Shown here in pieces: positions 51,161-64,000 of a stretch of DNA of 64,000 bases. Below the pieces are notes generated by a model, which worked only from the letters and a program-made list of their open reading frames with translations, made no database searches and was not told the DNA's origin. The first letter of the stretch is position 1. Every line of letters starts with the position of its first letter. The position numbers were made by a program, and so were the translations under genes. This DNA comes from Octopus vulgaris (Eukaryota): NCBI GenBank assembly GCA_951406725.2, contig OX597814.1, forward strand, positions 170,190,001-170,254,000. The letters run 5' to 3'.

Positions 51161-54100
51161 TTGTAGTAGTATATAGCAAAAAAGCAATAAAACTTGTTGT
51201 ACTTAGTTTAGATGACAAAATTTTGCATTATCAGGTGCATTTCAACTTGTTATATGTTAACTTGTCAACTTCAGTTGCATGCAGTAGATAAGTTTTGGTG
51301 ATTTGTCATGGATTTTAAAGAGAGAACTGGTTTCTAATAATGATACAAAGTTCCATTATTCATCATCACCATCGTTTAACGTCCGCTTTCCATGCTAGCA
51401 TGAGTTGGACGAATGACTGAGGGCTGGTGAACCAGATGGTTGCACCAGGCTCCAGTCTTGATCTGGCAGAGTTTCTACAGCTGGATGCCCTTCCTAACGC
51501 CAACCACTCCGAGAGTGTAGTGGGTGCTTTTTACATGCCACCAGCACGGGGGCCAGTCAGGTGGTACTGGCAACGACTTCACTCGAATCTTTTTACACAT
51601 GCCAACGGCACAGGTGCCAGTAAGGCAATGCTGGTAACGATCCCGCTCAAATGGTGCCTCCTACATGCCACCGGTACAGAAGCCAGTTAGCTGCTCTAGC
51701 AACGATATGTAGATAAAAACAAATTTACATTTTAAACTTGAGAAAGTTTTGAATATCTTTTACTGTTCTACTTACATATTGTATTTGTAATGTGCATGTT
51801 AGCTGGTTGATTACTTTTTTGAAAAACCTAACTTTTCCAGATTTTCACTTAGGTCTTATTAAGGGCACCAATTATTACAAGCGTGAATTTATAGTATGGA
51901 TATAGAAACTGAAAGTTTCAAAGCATTTGTCCATGGTAATTCTTTTTCTGCTTGATTTTTGAAGAAATATTCACATCAGCAGGGCAGCAGGCCTTTATGA
52001 CAGTAGGTAATCTTTCTTGTCTGCTCCATACAACAATATTTAGCCTGTTATATCTGCACTGAGTAGAAGTTTTGATGGGATTGTTCCACCAGTATTCCTT
52101 GTGTATATACTTGTGCATCTCTTTGTGTGTGTGTGTTTATTCTTACAAAGTGTTGGTCTTGTGCCAATGTAAGAAATCTTTATTTTTGAGAAACTCAGTT
52201 GGAGGTAAATAAAAATTGAAACCAGCATAAATTGAACACAGGCCAGTGAAGTACCTAACTAAAACAAAAAAATAAATCATTTTAGTTTTGGTGCCAAATT
52301 TACCACTTCTATAAACAGACATAGACTTTAGTACAAAATTATAAATCTAACAGGAAGTGTTAGTTTAGAATATTAAAACATGGGAATTATTCGATAGACC
52401 ACTCAGATTATTGAACCAACGATTATTGATGAAGTGTTAGTGTTTGGCTAACCATTAGGATTAGGTGTGGCTTTGTAAGAATAAAAAGATGTCTCCAAGA
52501 GCAAAGAAAAATATGAAGAAAACATGCATAACAAGTGTGAATTTTACAAATATACTTGGGTATTTTATATATTTAAAAATGATTATTTAATTTAAATAAT
52601 TTTTCTTACTTTAAAGTTTGTTATACTTGAAAAGTAATTTTAAAAAGTAGCTAAACTTACTGTCAGTCTTTTGCTAAATAAATGTATCACTGGCTATTGT
52701 TTCTATAACTAAGAAATTCATAACTAATGAATACTTATTATCATTATTATTATTATTATTATTAAATTATTATTGTTGTTATTATTATTATTATTATTTT
52801 TTACCTTCTTTCTTCAAATTTTCTTCCATTTCTCACCAAGTGTTTTCCATACACCTAGGGCAGAGAAGCTCATTGTATGCATTCCTAGATTACACATGCA
52901 AATTCACACATATATTACTAAGGCGGCAAACTGGCAGAATCATTAGCACGCTGGGCAAAATGATTAACAGTATTTCATCTGCTGCTACGTTCTGAGTTCA
53001 AATTCTGCCAAGGTCGACTTTGCCTTTCATCCTTATTTGATGAAATAAGTACCAGTTAAGCACTGTGGTTGATGTAAACGACTAAACCCTTGCCCCCAAA
53101 ATTTTCAAGGCCTTGTGCCTAGAGTAGAAATTATTATTATTACTAAATTATACCTCTCTTTTCCTTTTCATCACTACAAATACTAGACCACCCAATGCTT
53201 GATGATCTCTCTCATAGCAACCAGAAATATTTATTTAGTTATTTGTGTGTGTGCATGACGGGCATCAAGTCATTGCTACAAATAACATGTAGTCCAATAC
53301 AAATACTACAAATAACATGGTGTCCAGTACAACTTGTTACATGGTTAGTGTGATATTCTAACGATCTGTGGTTTCTTCACAGGTAGGGTATGACTTTGTT
53401 AACTGTGCATGACCGGGTCTGACCACACTTATAAATGACGGGCTCCTGGAATGCAAAGGGAAGAATTTCTTGCCATGATGTTCCTCGGAGTACATGATAA
53501 TTCCTGACATTTAATACGTTGCGACCATTCCGGTGTTCTTTTGATCTATGGACTATATTCTCTGGACAGGTTAAAATGAGTTATAACCCTTTCAATTGGT
53601 TCCAATTTTGACTTACATATAATAAAAAAATTTTGTCAGGTTGTCAGCAACTAAACTAGCAACCCCCACCAGGCTTGCCTAGTGAGGAGGGTTACTAGAA
53701 ACACGGAAGGACAAAAACAAAACAATACCAGTCAAAAGTATAGATGAAGTAACATAGAATCATTTACTATTTAGCAATAACACAATGGTGTTGCAAATGG
53801 TGTGGCTGCATGTGTATGATATAACAACACCATGCAAATATTTAATAGTAACTTTTATTTCACTGCACGAGCAATATTTAAGTTGGTCATGAATTATAAA
53901 GTTTCCATAACAAGTCAACAACAATTGAAAGAACAATGCTGCAGCATTCATAAATAGTTGATTACAAAAGCTCTGTACTGAGGCTTGCCAAGACAGGAGA
54001 ACATATACATGCTGGGTTCATGTTGTAAAACTGTGGTAGCATGTCTGCAAAACATTAGCCTGCTGTCCATAAGTTTGAGTAATAGTCTTAAGAACGACTG

Positions 54101-54676
54101 TTTAAAAGTAGCAAGTGAATGAATCGGCTGGTCTCTGCACAAATATGATGGCAAGAGTAGAGATGTCATTTCACTCATTTGTTTATAACACTCTGCTAAG
54201 TTGGCACTCAAAATGAGCCTATTTATAACGTTTGAACTGAAATATTCTAGAATGATCTTGAGTGATGTATCGTGTGAAGTCTGGTTGTTAATTGGTCCTT
54301 AACTTGGCCTCTAATGACTTAAACTTTATAATCTGAGTACTCAGTTTTGAGTCTTGCTACAGTGGCATAAAAATATTTGCAATGGTGAACTAGCTTGCGA
54401 CAAAATCACTCAGGAATGATAGGGCCACTGATTATAGTTAGAACATCTGTCTAAGTAAAGGATACTCTGAAACAAAAGTCATGGCACTCTAATGGTCAGC
54501 TTCAGACCATCCCAACCAATGATAGACTACTTGGTGGAAAACTGTTCTACCTTAAAAGTGAATACAGCTTTATGTATGCTTCACTTATTGTCATCAGTTT
54601 CATGTTCAGGGACTTTTTAGAATACACACTCTATATGTGTGTGCGTGTGTGTGTGTGTGTATATATATATACATAC

Positions 54677-54740
<64 letters not shown>

Positions 54741-57208
54741 ATATGTATATATATATATATGGAGGAGCAATGGCCCAGTGGTTAGGGCAGCGGACTCGCG
54801 GTCGGAGGATTGCGGTTTCGATTCCCAGACCGGGTGTTGTGTGTGTTTATTGAGCGAAAACACCTAAACGCTCCACGAGGCTCCGGCAGGGGGTGGTGAT
54901 CCCTACTGTACTCTTTCACCACTCTTTCTCCCACTCTTTCTTCTGTTGGCCTGCTCGCTTAGCCAGCGGGGTGGCGTCATTCAAAGGCTAAAACAATGTG
55001 AATGCATTGTGACCAGCGATGTGTAACAACATCTGATGGTCTGGTCGGTCACGTGATCACGTGATATATATATATATACATACATACATATAATCGAAAT
55101 AATAAAAAGACAAAGAAATTCTTTGATACATCTTTAATGATTCATTACAATTGTTTCTGTACAAACTCTGCTTGCAACACCAGTTTATTCAAAAATTTGA
55201 AGTGAAAACTTATATGTCTGCAGTTTCATACATTAGAGAGGCACTTCATCAGATTTGCATCAAAGGCAAAGGTGTCCTGTCACATTGTGCGTCTTCCAGA
55301 CATTGTTTTTTTTTTGTTTTTTTTTTTTGTTCATATCGGGAGGAAACAAAAAGTAAATAACAGTGTGGTTATGGGGTGAGTAAGAAGAGTATGGATCATG
55401 GAGAGTGTGGGGAATAAAGTGGAAGCAAACGAAAAAGAAGAAGTGGGTATTATGTTAGAGCACAGGATACTGCAACAGTTATTATGGGAGAAACTCTCAT
55501 ATTGGCTTTCGGTGCATATAAGCACTCTTATTTACATCACTACAAGGGAAATAAATCACCTGCCATCCCCACCACAAAGATTACCAATTTCACATGATTT
55601 TTAGCCATCCCTGGCCTTGTCAGTGATAAACACTGGGATGCTGGAGATAGCAGAAATTTCTCTTCTAGAGATATACATAGAATCTCAGTACCTAAACAGG
55701 CCCTGATGTTGCAATAGCCAGAGAGATTACTAAAAATAATTTTTTGCATCAGGAGAGGGGAAAATATTACCATTTGGCATTGATACATCTTCGTTACTAA
55801 TGACTGTATGTGTGTGTGTGTGTGTGTGCATATATGTATATATACAGCACCATCCAAGCGTGATCGTTTCCAAAGCAGCAAACTGGCTTCCATGCCGGTG
55901 GCACGTAAATAGCACCAATCAAGCGTGATCTTTACCAGCATCGCCTTACTGGCACTTGTGCCGGTGGCATGAGAAAAAACATTCGAGTGAAGTCGTTGCC
56001 AGTGCCGCTGGACTGGCTCCTGTGCAGGTGACATGTAAAAAACACCATTTGAGCATGGCCATTGCCAGTACTGCCTGACTGGCACTTGTGCTGGTGGCAT
56101 GTAAAAGCACTCACTACACTCTTGGAGTGGTTGGCATTAGGAAGGGCAGCAAGCTGTAGAAATTCTGCCAGATCAGATTGGGGCCTGGTGCAGCACCTGG
56201 TTTGCCAGTCCTCAGTTAAATTGTCCAATCCATGCTAGCATGGAAAGCGGATGTAAAACGATGATGATGATGATGATGACAGCAGGCTTCCATACTGTTT
56301 CCATCTACCAAATTCACTCACAAGTCATTGGTCAGCCTGAGGATATACTAGAAGACACTTGCCCAAGGTGCTGCACAGTGGACTGAACTCCAAATCTCTT
56401 GGTTTCAAAGCCAGCTTGTTGACCACACAACCTTGTCAGAAACAAAGGTAATAGTAGTTTCTAATATATGTACAAGGCCAGAAAATTTAGTTGGAAAGAA
56501 AACAGAAAATATTGACAACAGTTGATTAAATCAACAACAGAAAGGCAGCAAGCTAGCAAAATCATTAGCATGCCAGGGCAAAATGCTTAGCAGCATTTCG
56601 CCTGTCTTTACATTCTGAGTTCAAATTCCACCAAGGTCAACTTTACATTTCATCCTTTCAGGGTCAATGAAATAAGTACCAGTTGACTATTGGGGGTTGA
56701 TGTAATCGACTTATTCCATTCCCCAAATTTGCTGGCCTTGTGCCAAAATTTGAAATCATAATATTGACAACAGCACTGGGAAAGATGAAAAGCAAAGCTG
56801 ACTCCAGCAGAATTGAACCTGAAACATAGAGAACTGAAACAAATACTGCATGGCATTTTGTCCAATTCTGAAAATCCAACAGCAAAGCAAACAAGTTTTT
56901 ATTACATGAGAACGTGACTCCGTGGTGCAAGTGAAAAAATTTCTGCACATCTCCAATATAATATTGATTTCTAATATCAAATATAGATTTCTAGCTTTTA
57001 CTCCCAGTATGGTATTATACACATGATATATTGAGAATAGTTCACTTAATGAATTAAACAGAAAACATGAGATGGAGGTGTTATTCCTATCATTACCCTG
57101 AAGTCAGTTTTTGATGTATAACTAAGCACCATATCAAGTATCTTCAAACTGAAATCTATTTCAATAATTCTATTGTAAGTGCTTAGAGAAATTGATTATT
57201 ATTATATA

Positions 57209-57572
57209 CTGGCAGTATTGCCCGGCGTTGCTCGGGTTTGTTTCGACTCATTAGAATTGGAATTTTTGAAAAGCAAAAATTTTGCATTATGTAGCTTGTT
57301 GAAATGCACCGAAAAGTGGCGACACGGCAGTAAAAAAATCGTAAAAAATAGGGATTTTCATAGAAAAAAAGCACCTTTTTTATGTAAATAAATTTTTGGT
57401 CTTAACATGGTCCAATTTGAATTTTATCTTCTAAGGAATTAAGAGCAAGCCTTCTTCTATCATACTCTCAATTTTGGTCAACTTGCACCGCAGGGTCTCA
57501 GAGGAGATAGTGTTAGTTGAAGGCTTCCAAACCTGCCACACACAGACAACTTCAGTTTTATATATATATAGA
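57209..57572 (-). mobile_element. Non-autonomous Helitron-like element, family B copy 2
   Basis: Minus strand A|TCTATATATAT... to hairpin CCCGAGCAACGCCGGGC and CCAG|T. Confidence 0.72.
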
Positions 57573-58039
57573 TTGGTGTGTAAGCAGCATAAGAAATGCA
57601 GCTTCAAATATTATTTCAAGCTTAATTCCTCGAGAGACTAATCTCTTTGAGAATATCATAAACATCATGAAATTGTATTCTTCTGTATGCCAAGCCTTAG
57701 TACTTGGGAAAAAAAATTGTTTTTAAATAGCACTAATAGCAGAAAGCATTGTTAATGAAGTATGACATTTTTTTGGGGGGTTTGTTTTTGTTTTTTTTTG
57801 GTGCAGCTTTCATATAATTACTTGCAGTATGAATTTAACTTGCTGAACTACAACTAAGCACTGAAAGCTCTTTCTTTTTTTTTTTTTTGCCGAACTACAG
57901 TTACAGTTAAGTACTAAAAGATCTGCACATTGTAAGAATTAGAATTAGAATATACAGTCTAAACCAAAACCTTACAGAAAAAATTGAAATCTAAGAGTCA
58001 TACGGGAAATTAATCTTAGGAATGTGATTGATTCTCTTC

Positions 58040-58041
58040 TG

Positions 58042-58081
<40 letters not shown>

Positions 58082-58252
58082 TATATTACATATATATATG
58101 TATATATTTATATACATATATATATATATACATATATATATGTATATATTTATATACATATATATATATACATATATATATGTATATATTTATATACATA
58201 TATATATATATATGTATATATTTATATACATATATATATATATATATATATG

Positions 58253-58291
<39 letters not shown>

Positions 58292-58310
58292 GCATATATA
58301 TATATATATG

Positions 58311-58362
<52 letters not shown>

Positions 58363-58550
58363 TATACATATATATATATATATATAAAATCATCATCATC
58401 ATTGTCATCATTGTCGTCAGTCATCATCATCATCATTGTCATTGTCATCACCATCGTCATCATCATCGTCGTCGTCGTCGTCATCATCATCATCTTCATC
58501 ATCACCATCATTGTCATTATCATCATCATCTTCATCACCATCATCACCAT
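58040..58550. repeat. (TA)n-derived minisatellite followed by a (CAT)n/(CGT)n tract (tail of a minus-strand RTE-type repeat)
   Basis: Direct reading. Confidence 0.9.
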
Positions 58551-59207
58551 TTAATGCCTGTTTTCCATGCAGGCATGGGTTGGATGGTTCCACAGGAATT
58601 GGCAAGCCAGAGTACTACACCAAGCTCAAAGGTCTTTTAAGTCTTGGTTTAGTTGATCAAACCAACCCCATAAAGTCAACTACTTAATCTGTTGGTCTCC
58701 TTTGCCAAAACACTGAGTTACAGGATACCCTTCTTAATGTCAACCACTTTACAGAGTGTACTGGGTACCTTTTATGTAACACTAGTATCAGTACAATCAC
58801 CAGGTGATTTGCAAAACAAAGACCCCTTAATTAGGGGGTGGTGTAAAATTGTTGAACAGAAAAGAGGAGGGGGAAATGTTGCATTAGAGGAGGGGGAAAC
58901 ATGGCTACCTCTGATGTGGGGAGACTGTGAGGAGAGGAGGACAGTGGGGAGAAAGAGAAAAAGAGAGAGAGAGAGACAGGCAGACAGACAGACAGACAGA
59001 TAGATAGATGGTGAAGATGTGATGACGAGGGGGCAGTAATGAGTTGGTGGGGGGAAATCACAAGATTGCTAAAGAAGGGTGGTGGATAGAGTGTGAATGT
59101 AATGAATAGGTGCAGGTAGAGGGGGAGGGATATTAGTAGGATATGTTGCGAGGAAGAGATTCAATAGAGACATATTATGTGCACGTAGGGACAGAAAGAG
59201 AGAGAGG

Positions 59208-59241
<34 letters not shown>

Positions 59242-59559
59242 TAAAGAGATAAAAAGAGAGAGAGAGAGTGGAGGGGAATGCAATGCAGCAGGTAGGAAGG
59301 AAGGAAGATGTTGGAAAGATGGGTTGTGGGCCAGGTTTATCAGGGGCAAGGGATTGCATGCAGTGGTGGGGTTAGGACATAAAGGACATGACATTATGGC
59401 ATCAGTTTTACTTAGTTGGGCAGGTCTTGGTCTTCTCAAGTACAGCAAATCACCTGTTGACTTGGCCTTTCATCATCTCTTTGAGGCTCAACATCTGAAG
59501 GTCAATTCTCACCACTTTGTCCCATGTCTTTCTGGGGCTGCCCCTTTCAGGGGTTTCTT

Positions 59560-59768
59560 CAACATTTAGAAATCAGTACTTCTTTATACAACTGTTCTCA
59601 TCCATATGCATCACATGACTACATCAACACAGTCTTCTCTCTTGCACATTATAGCTGATGCCTCTTATACCCAATCTTTCTCCCAAAACAGTTACACTTT
59701 CACACTCACATGCACGCACACACACACACACACACTCACACACACATTCACTCACACACACTCACACA

Positions 59769-59817
<49 letters not shown>

Positions 59818-60860
59818 GTATTGTACATTTGAACTTTTTTCTCTCATTCTAGTAGAGATTGAGCTTTCAGCTATAAAAACAAGGTCATCAACATAGAGGA
59901 GCTCTCAGGGATAACCAGTCTTAAATGCTTTTGTTATGGCCCGGAGGACTATGATAAACAAGAGGGAGCTGAGAACTGATCCTTGGTGAACTCCTACCTG
60001 CACTCTTAATCTGTTGCTATGCTCATTGCTGACTTTCACCTTACTGACAATATCTTTGTATATGGCTTACACAGCTCTTACCAGCTACTCATCTATCCCT
60101 AGATTCTGCATTGACAATCAGACCGAGATCTCTGGAGATATGCTGTGACTGCAAAGACCCGACAAATAATGTGAGTTCATGGCTGCTTCCTGCACCAGTT
60201 TCACATAGCCCCAGCCCATCCAAAGTACCTTGGATTGCAAAACGACCTGCTGTGCTTACCTTGGATCGTAGGGTGACCTGCTGTGCTTGAGGAGACCTAT
60301 TGAGTCAAGTACATCAACATCAAAATAAATATCAAATGGAAATTGTAGTTGTGATGCCAGTGCCAGTGGCACATAAAAAGCACCATCCGAACGTGGCCAA
60401 TGCCAGCGCTGCCTTGACTGGCTTCTCAGCTGGTGGCACGTAAAAAGCACCAACCGATTGTGGCCACTGCCAGCCTCCCCTGGCACCTGTGCCAGTAGAA
60501 CGTAAAAAGCACCCACTACACTCATGGAGTGGTTGGTGTTAGGAAGGGCATCCAGCTGTAGAAACACTGCCAGATCAGACTGGAGTTTGGTGCAGCCTCC
60601 TAGCTTCCCAGACCCCGGTTGAACCATCCAACCCATGCTAGCATGAAAAACGGACGTTAAACAATGATGATGATGATGAGAGAGTGGAACGAAGGACTAT
60701 GCCGAAGGCTTTCTCCATATCAACAAGTGCCATGTACAGTGCTTTATTTTTGGCTACATGCTTCCCTTACAGTTGCCTTACTACGAAGATAACATTAGTA
60801 ATGCTTCACCCTGTCACAAAACCAAATTGCATCTCATCCAGGTTAACTCTCAAGATAGAC
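59560..60860 (-). mobile_element. Degenerate RTE LINE RT fragments, split by later insertions
   Basis: Minus strand: DEMQFGF...LYMALVDMEKAF (about 60690-60840) and VGVHQGSVLSSLLFIIVL...ELLYVDDLVFIAES (about 59860-60080). Confidence 0.75.
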
Positions 60861-62134
60861 ATTAAAATAATGAAAATGATGGTAATGTGAAAAGGAGAAG
60901 AATAAGGAGATGGAGAAGGATATATATATATATGTATATATATATATTATCTTTTACTTGTTTTGGTCATCAATCTGCACCCACACTTTGGTACTGCCTT
61001 GAAGGATTTACTTGAACAAATCAACCCCAGTACTTTTTTCTAAGCCTGGTACTTATTATATCGGTCTCTTTTTGCCAAACCACTAAGTTACAGGCACATA
61101 AACAAACCAACACCCATTGTCAAGCGGTAGTGGGCAACAAATACAATGAAACACACACAGACACACACACAGACACACACACACACAATGGTATTCACAC
61201 ATGCACACACATATGTATATATATATTCATGCAGATATACATACACTTACCTGATTGCTTCTAAATTACTGGAGAATGACTGGATACATGCATAGATGCT
61301 TGAACTGAATATTTCCTAATACTTAAATAGATAACATTTGGAAAACTTATTTACACTAAACTCACACATGGGCAATTATACTCTCCTTTCTCCTCACCCC
61401 ACTCCCACTTCCTTCTCTTCCTTTCACACTCTCTCTTCTTCCTAGCTCTCTTCTCTCGTATCTTGAACTATGATCCAGATTGCATCTCCACTTCTGATCC
61501 TACTATCCCATTACCCAATTCCCTTTTTACACCAAACCCACAATGTAAACAGATGTCGTAAATTTTGCAGTGTTTCCATTTCCTTTTTGTTTTTTTATTC
61601 TTCTAAACACTTTTATTTTATTTTAATACAGATAGAAACCTGAAATGTGAAACCAACCCACTTCTATTTATTTTCACATGGCATATGTATTTTCATCACA
61701 TACAATCTTCGTTTAGTAACGGGTTTTATTTTTCTATGCTCTTTCTACAACCTATTTCCTTATCTAGCTTAATATATTGTTTATTTCTTTGATTCGACCT
61801 TACCTTTCTATTTACTTTGCCTTATTTGTGTTTCCTCATTGCTCGCTTTTTCTCTATTCACATGCATGAGTGTGTGTGCCTTTGCACATGCGTGTGTGTA
61901 AAACAAAATATGAGAGATTGATTATAAGATATTTAGTCGCACCATCTTACGTACATTTCATTAACAATCGTTGATTATTGGTTACTTAATGCAAATTACA
62001 TTATCAACACTTACTGTCAAAACAATGTCAAGGACATAACTATTAAACTCAATATCATTGAATTGAAATGATGAAAGTATTCATCACTGTATGTGTGTGC
62101 ATGAAGCTACATCTCGCTCACTATATTGGTTTAA

Positions 62135-62383
62135 TGCATACATACATACACACATACATGCATACATACATAATACATACATAATACATAATACATACAT
62201 ACATACGTACATACATACATACATAATACATACATACATACATAATACATACATACATACATACATGCATACATACATACATAATACATACATAATACAT
62301 ACATAATACATACATAATATATACGTACATACATACATAATACATACATACATACATACATACATACATACATACATACATAC
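62135..62383. repeat. (TACA)n/(TACATAA)n microsatellite
   Basis: Direct reading. Confidence 0.93.
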
Positions 62384-62682
62384 AGGATCTTTACTTATTG
62401 CCCTACAAATTTAAAAAATAATTTTTTGTAACTAAACACTTTCAACCTTCGGACACTGGTAGAATGTGTCATATAAAACATCTTTTACTCTAAGCATTTT
62501 TGAGAAAATTACCGAAATACGAGAACTTTAACGTGAGATAACTTCGTAAATATAAGTTTTTCTCAAAAAGTGCTACGAGTAAAAGATGTTTTATATGACA
62601 CATTCTACCAGTGTCCGAAGTTTGAAAGTGTTTAGTCACAAAAAATAATTTTCAAATCTGTAGGTCAAAAGGTAAAGATCCT
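62384..62682. mobile_element. Foldback MITE with about 125-bp TIRs inserted in a (TACA)n tract; related half copy about 28505-28630
   Basis: Arms GGATCTTTAC...CACTGGTAGAATGTGTCATATAAAACATCTTTTACTC and the reverse complement. Confidence 0.85.
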
Positions 62683-64000
62683 ACATACATACATACATAC
62701 ATACATACATGGCTTAGTGGTTAGGGTTTTCAGCTCATGATCTTAAGGTAGTGGGTTAGAAATCCAACATCGTGTGCTGTCCTTGAACAAGACTCTTTAT
62801 TTCTAGTTGCTCCAGTCCACTCAGCAAGCAAAAATTAATTGTACCTGTAATTCAAGGGACAGACCTAATCACATTTTTATGTCATGCTGAATCTTCTTTA
62901 GAACTACGTGAATGATATGCATGTCTGAGGAATACTCAGCCACTTGCACTTTAATTTCACATGCAGGCTGTTCAAATGATCGAATCAACTGAAACACTCG
63001 TCGTCATGACCGACAGTTAGCCAAACTATGTGTGCATGCACGTGTGTGTGTGTGTGTGTGTGTTTGTATGTGTATACTCTTACTTGTTTCAGTCATTTGA
63101 CTGCGGCCATGCTGGAGCACCACCTTTAGTCGAGCAAATCGCCCCCGGGACTTATTCTTTGTAAGCCCGGTCTCTTTTTGCTGAACCGCTAAGTGACGGG
63201 GACGTAAACACACCAGCATCGGTTGTCAAGCAATGCTAGGGGGACAAACACAGACACACAAACACACATATATACGACAGGCTTCTTTCAGTTTCCGTCT
63301 ACCAAATCCACTCACAAGGCATTGGTCGGCCCGGGACTATAGCAGAAGACACTTGCCCAAGATGCCACGCAGTGGGATTGAACCCAGAACCATGTGGTTG
63401 GTTAGCAAGCTACTTACCACACAGCCACTCCTGCACCTGTATATGTGTATGTTAATAATATTCTTTTTATCACTGCTGTTATCATAATTTTTCATTACTT
63501 TCTTCTAAATATATTACCTCCCAATTTCATTGGTAAATTTCAATTTCTTGCCTTCAAATAGAAAATTTCGTCTCTTCAATTCAGTCTGTCTCAGTTATAT
63601 TAAGGTTTCCTTTCATTTTGAAAATCAGACACTTCTAACAATTTTCAGTTTTAGCTTGACCATTCTGCTCCAGTGAAGCCACTTTCAATTAATAATAGTA
63701 TTACACTTTGTTCCCATTTCATCACGAACATCCACTCCGACCAAGTAAAAAAAAAATATTAGAAACAACAGCAGCTTCCTCTTCAGGTATCTAACTTTCA
63801 TTTATCTGCGCTAAATCAGACCCTTCTAACAATTTTCAATTTTAAATTTCCATTAAACATTCTTCTGTATTCAAGTCATTTCCACTTACTAACATATATC
63901 TTTCCACTTCTGTTAACAGTTCATTTAAATTATCAATAATAACACCTTGCTTTCCAGGTATCTTTCTTTGCTTTCGATATAAATTTCGATTAATATTTGT

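Noticed and set aside
53760-54211. Two adjacent minus-strand ORFs (87 and 63 aa)
   Set aside because: No recognisable motif or convincing splice structure; lengths expected by chance.
54761-54835. tRNA gene
   Set aside because: The tRNA-like A/B boxes are SINE heads continuing into SINE bodies; no complete acceptor stem or terminator.

Overview
AT-rich, repeat-saturated eukaryotic DNA. The SINE families, (GAT)n-tailed RTE repeats and dense microsatellites point to an octopus/cephalopod genome (inference). No host protein-coding gene can be called with confidence, and most ORFs in the track are microsatellite or SINE artefacts. The main feature is a young but defective Ty3/Gypsy LTR retrotransposon (30752-35975) inserted with a 4-bp CTTT target duplication into the last codons of a dead mariner transposase. 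It has three LTRs, and 37 bp of the left host flank are repeated inside the element. Also present: RTE LINE fragments (one with a PHD-like finger and a hairpin tandem array in its 3' UTR), a CR1-group LINE 3' end whose terminal stem-loop covaries with the tail of the commonest SINE, a fragmented hAT transposase fossil, non-autonomous Helitrons, piggyBac-like and hAT MITEs, several tRNA-derived SINE families with swapped tails, and short repeats with minimal hammerhead-ribozyme-like folds of the Penelope type. Coordinates were counted by eye; repeat boundaries are approximate.
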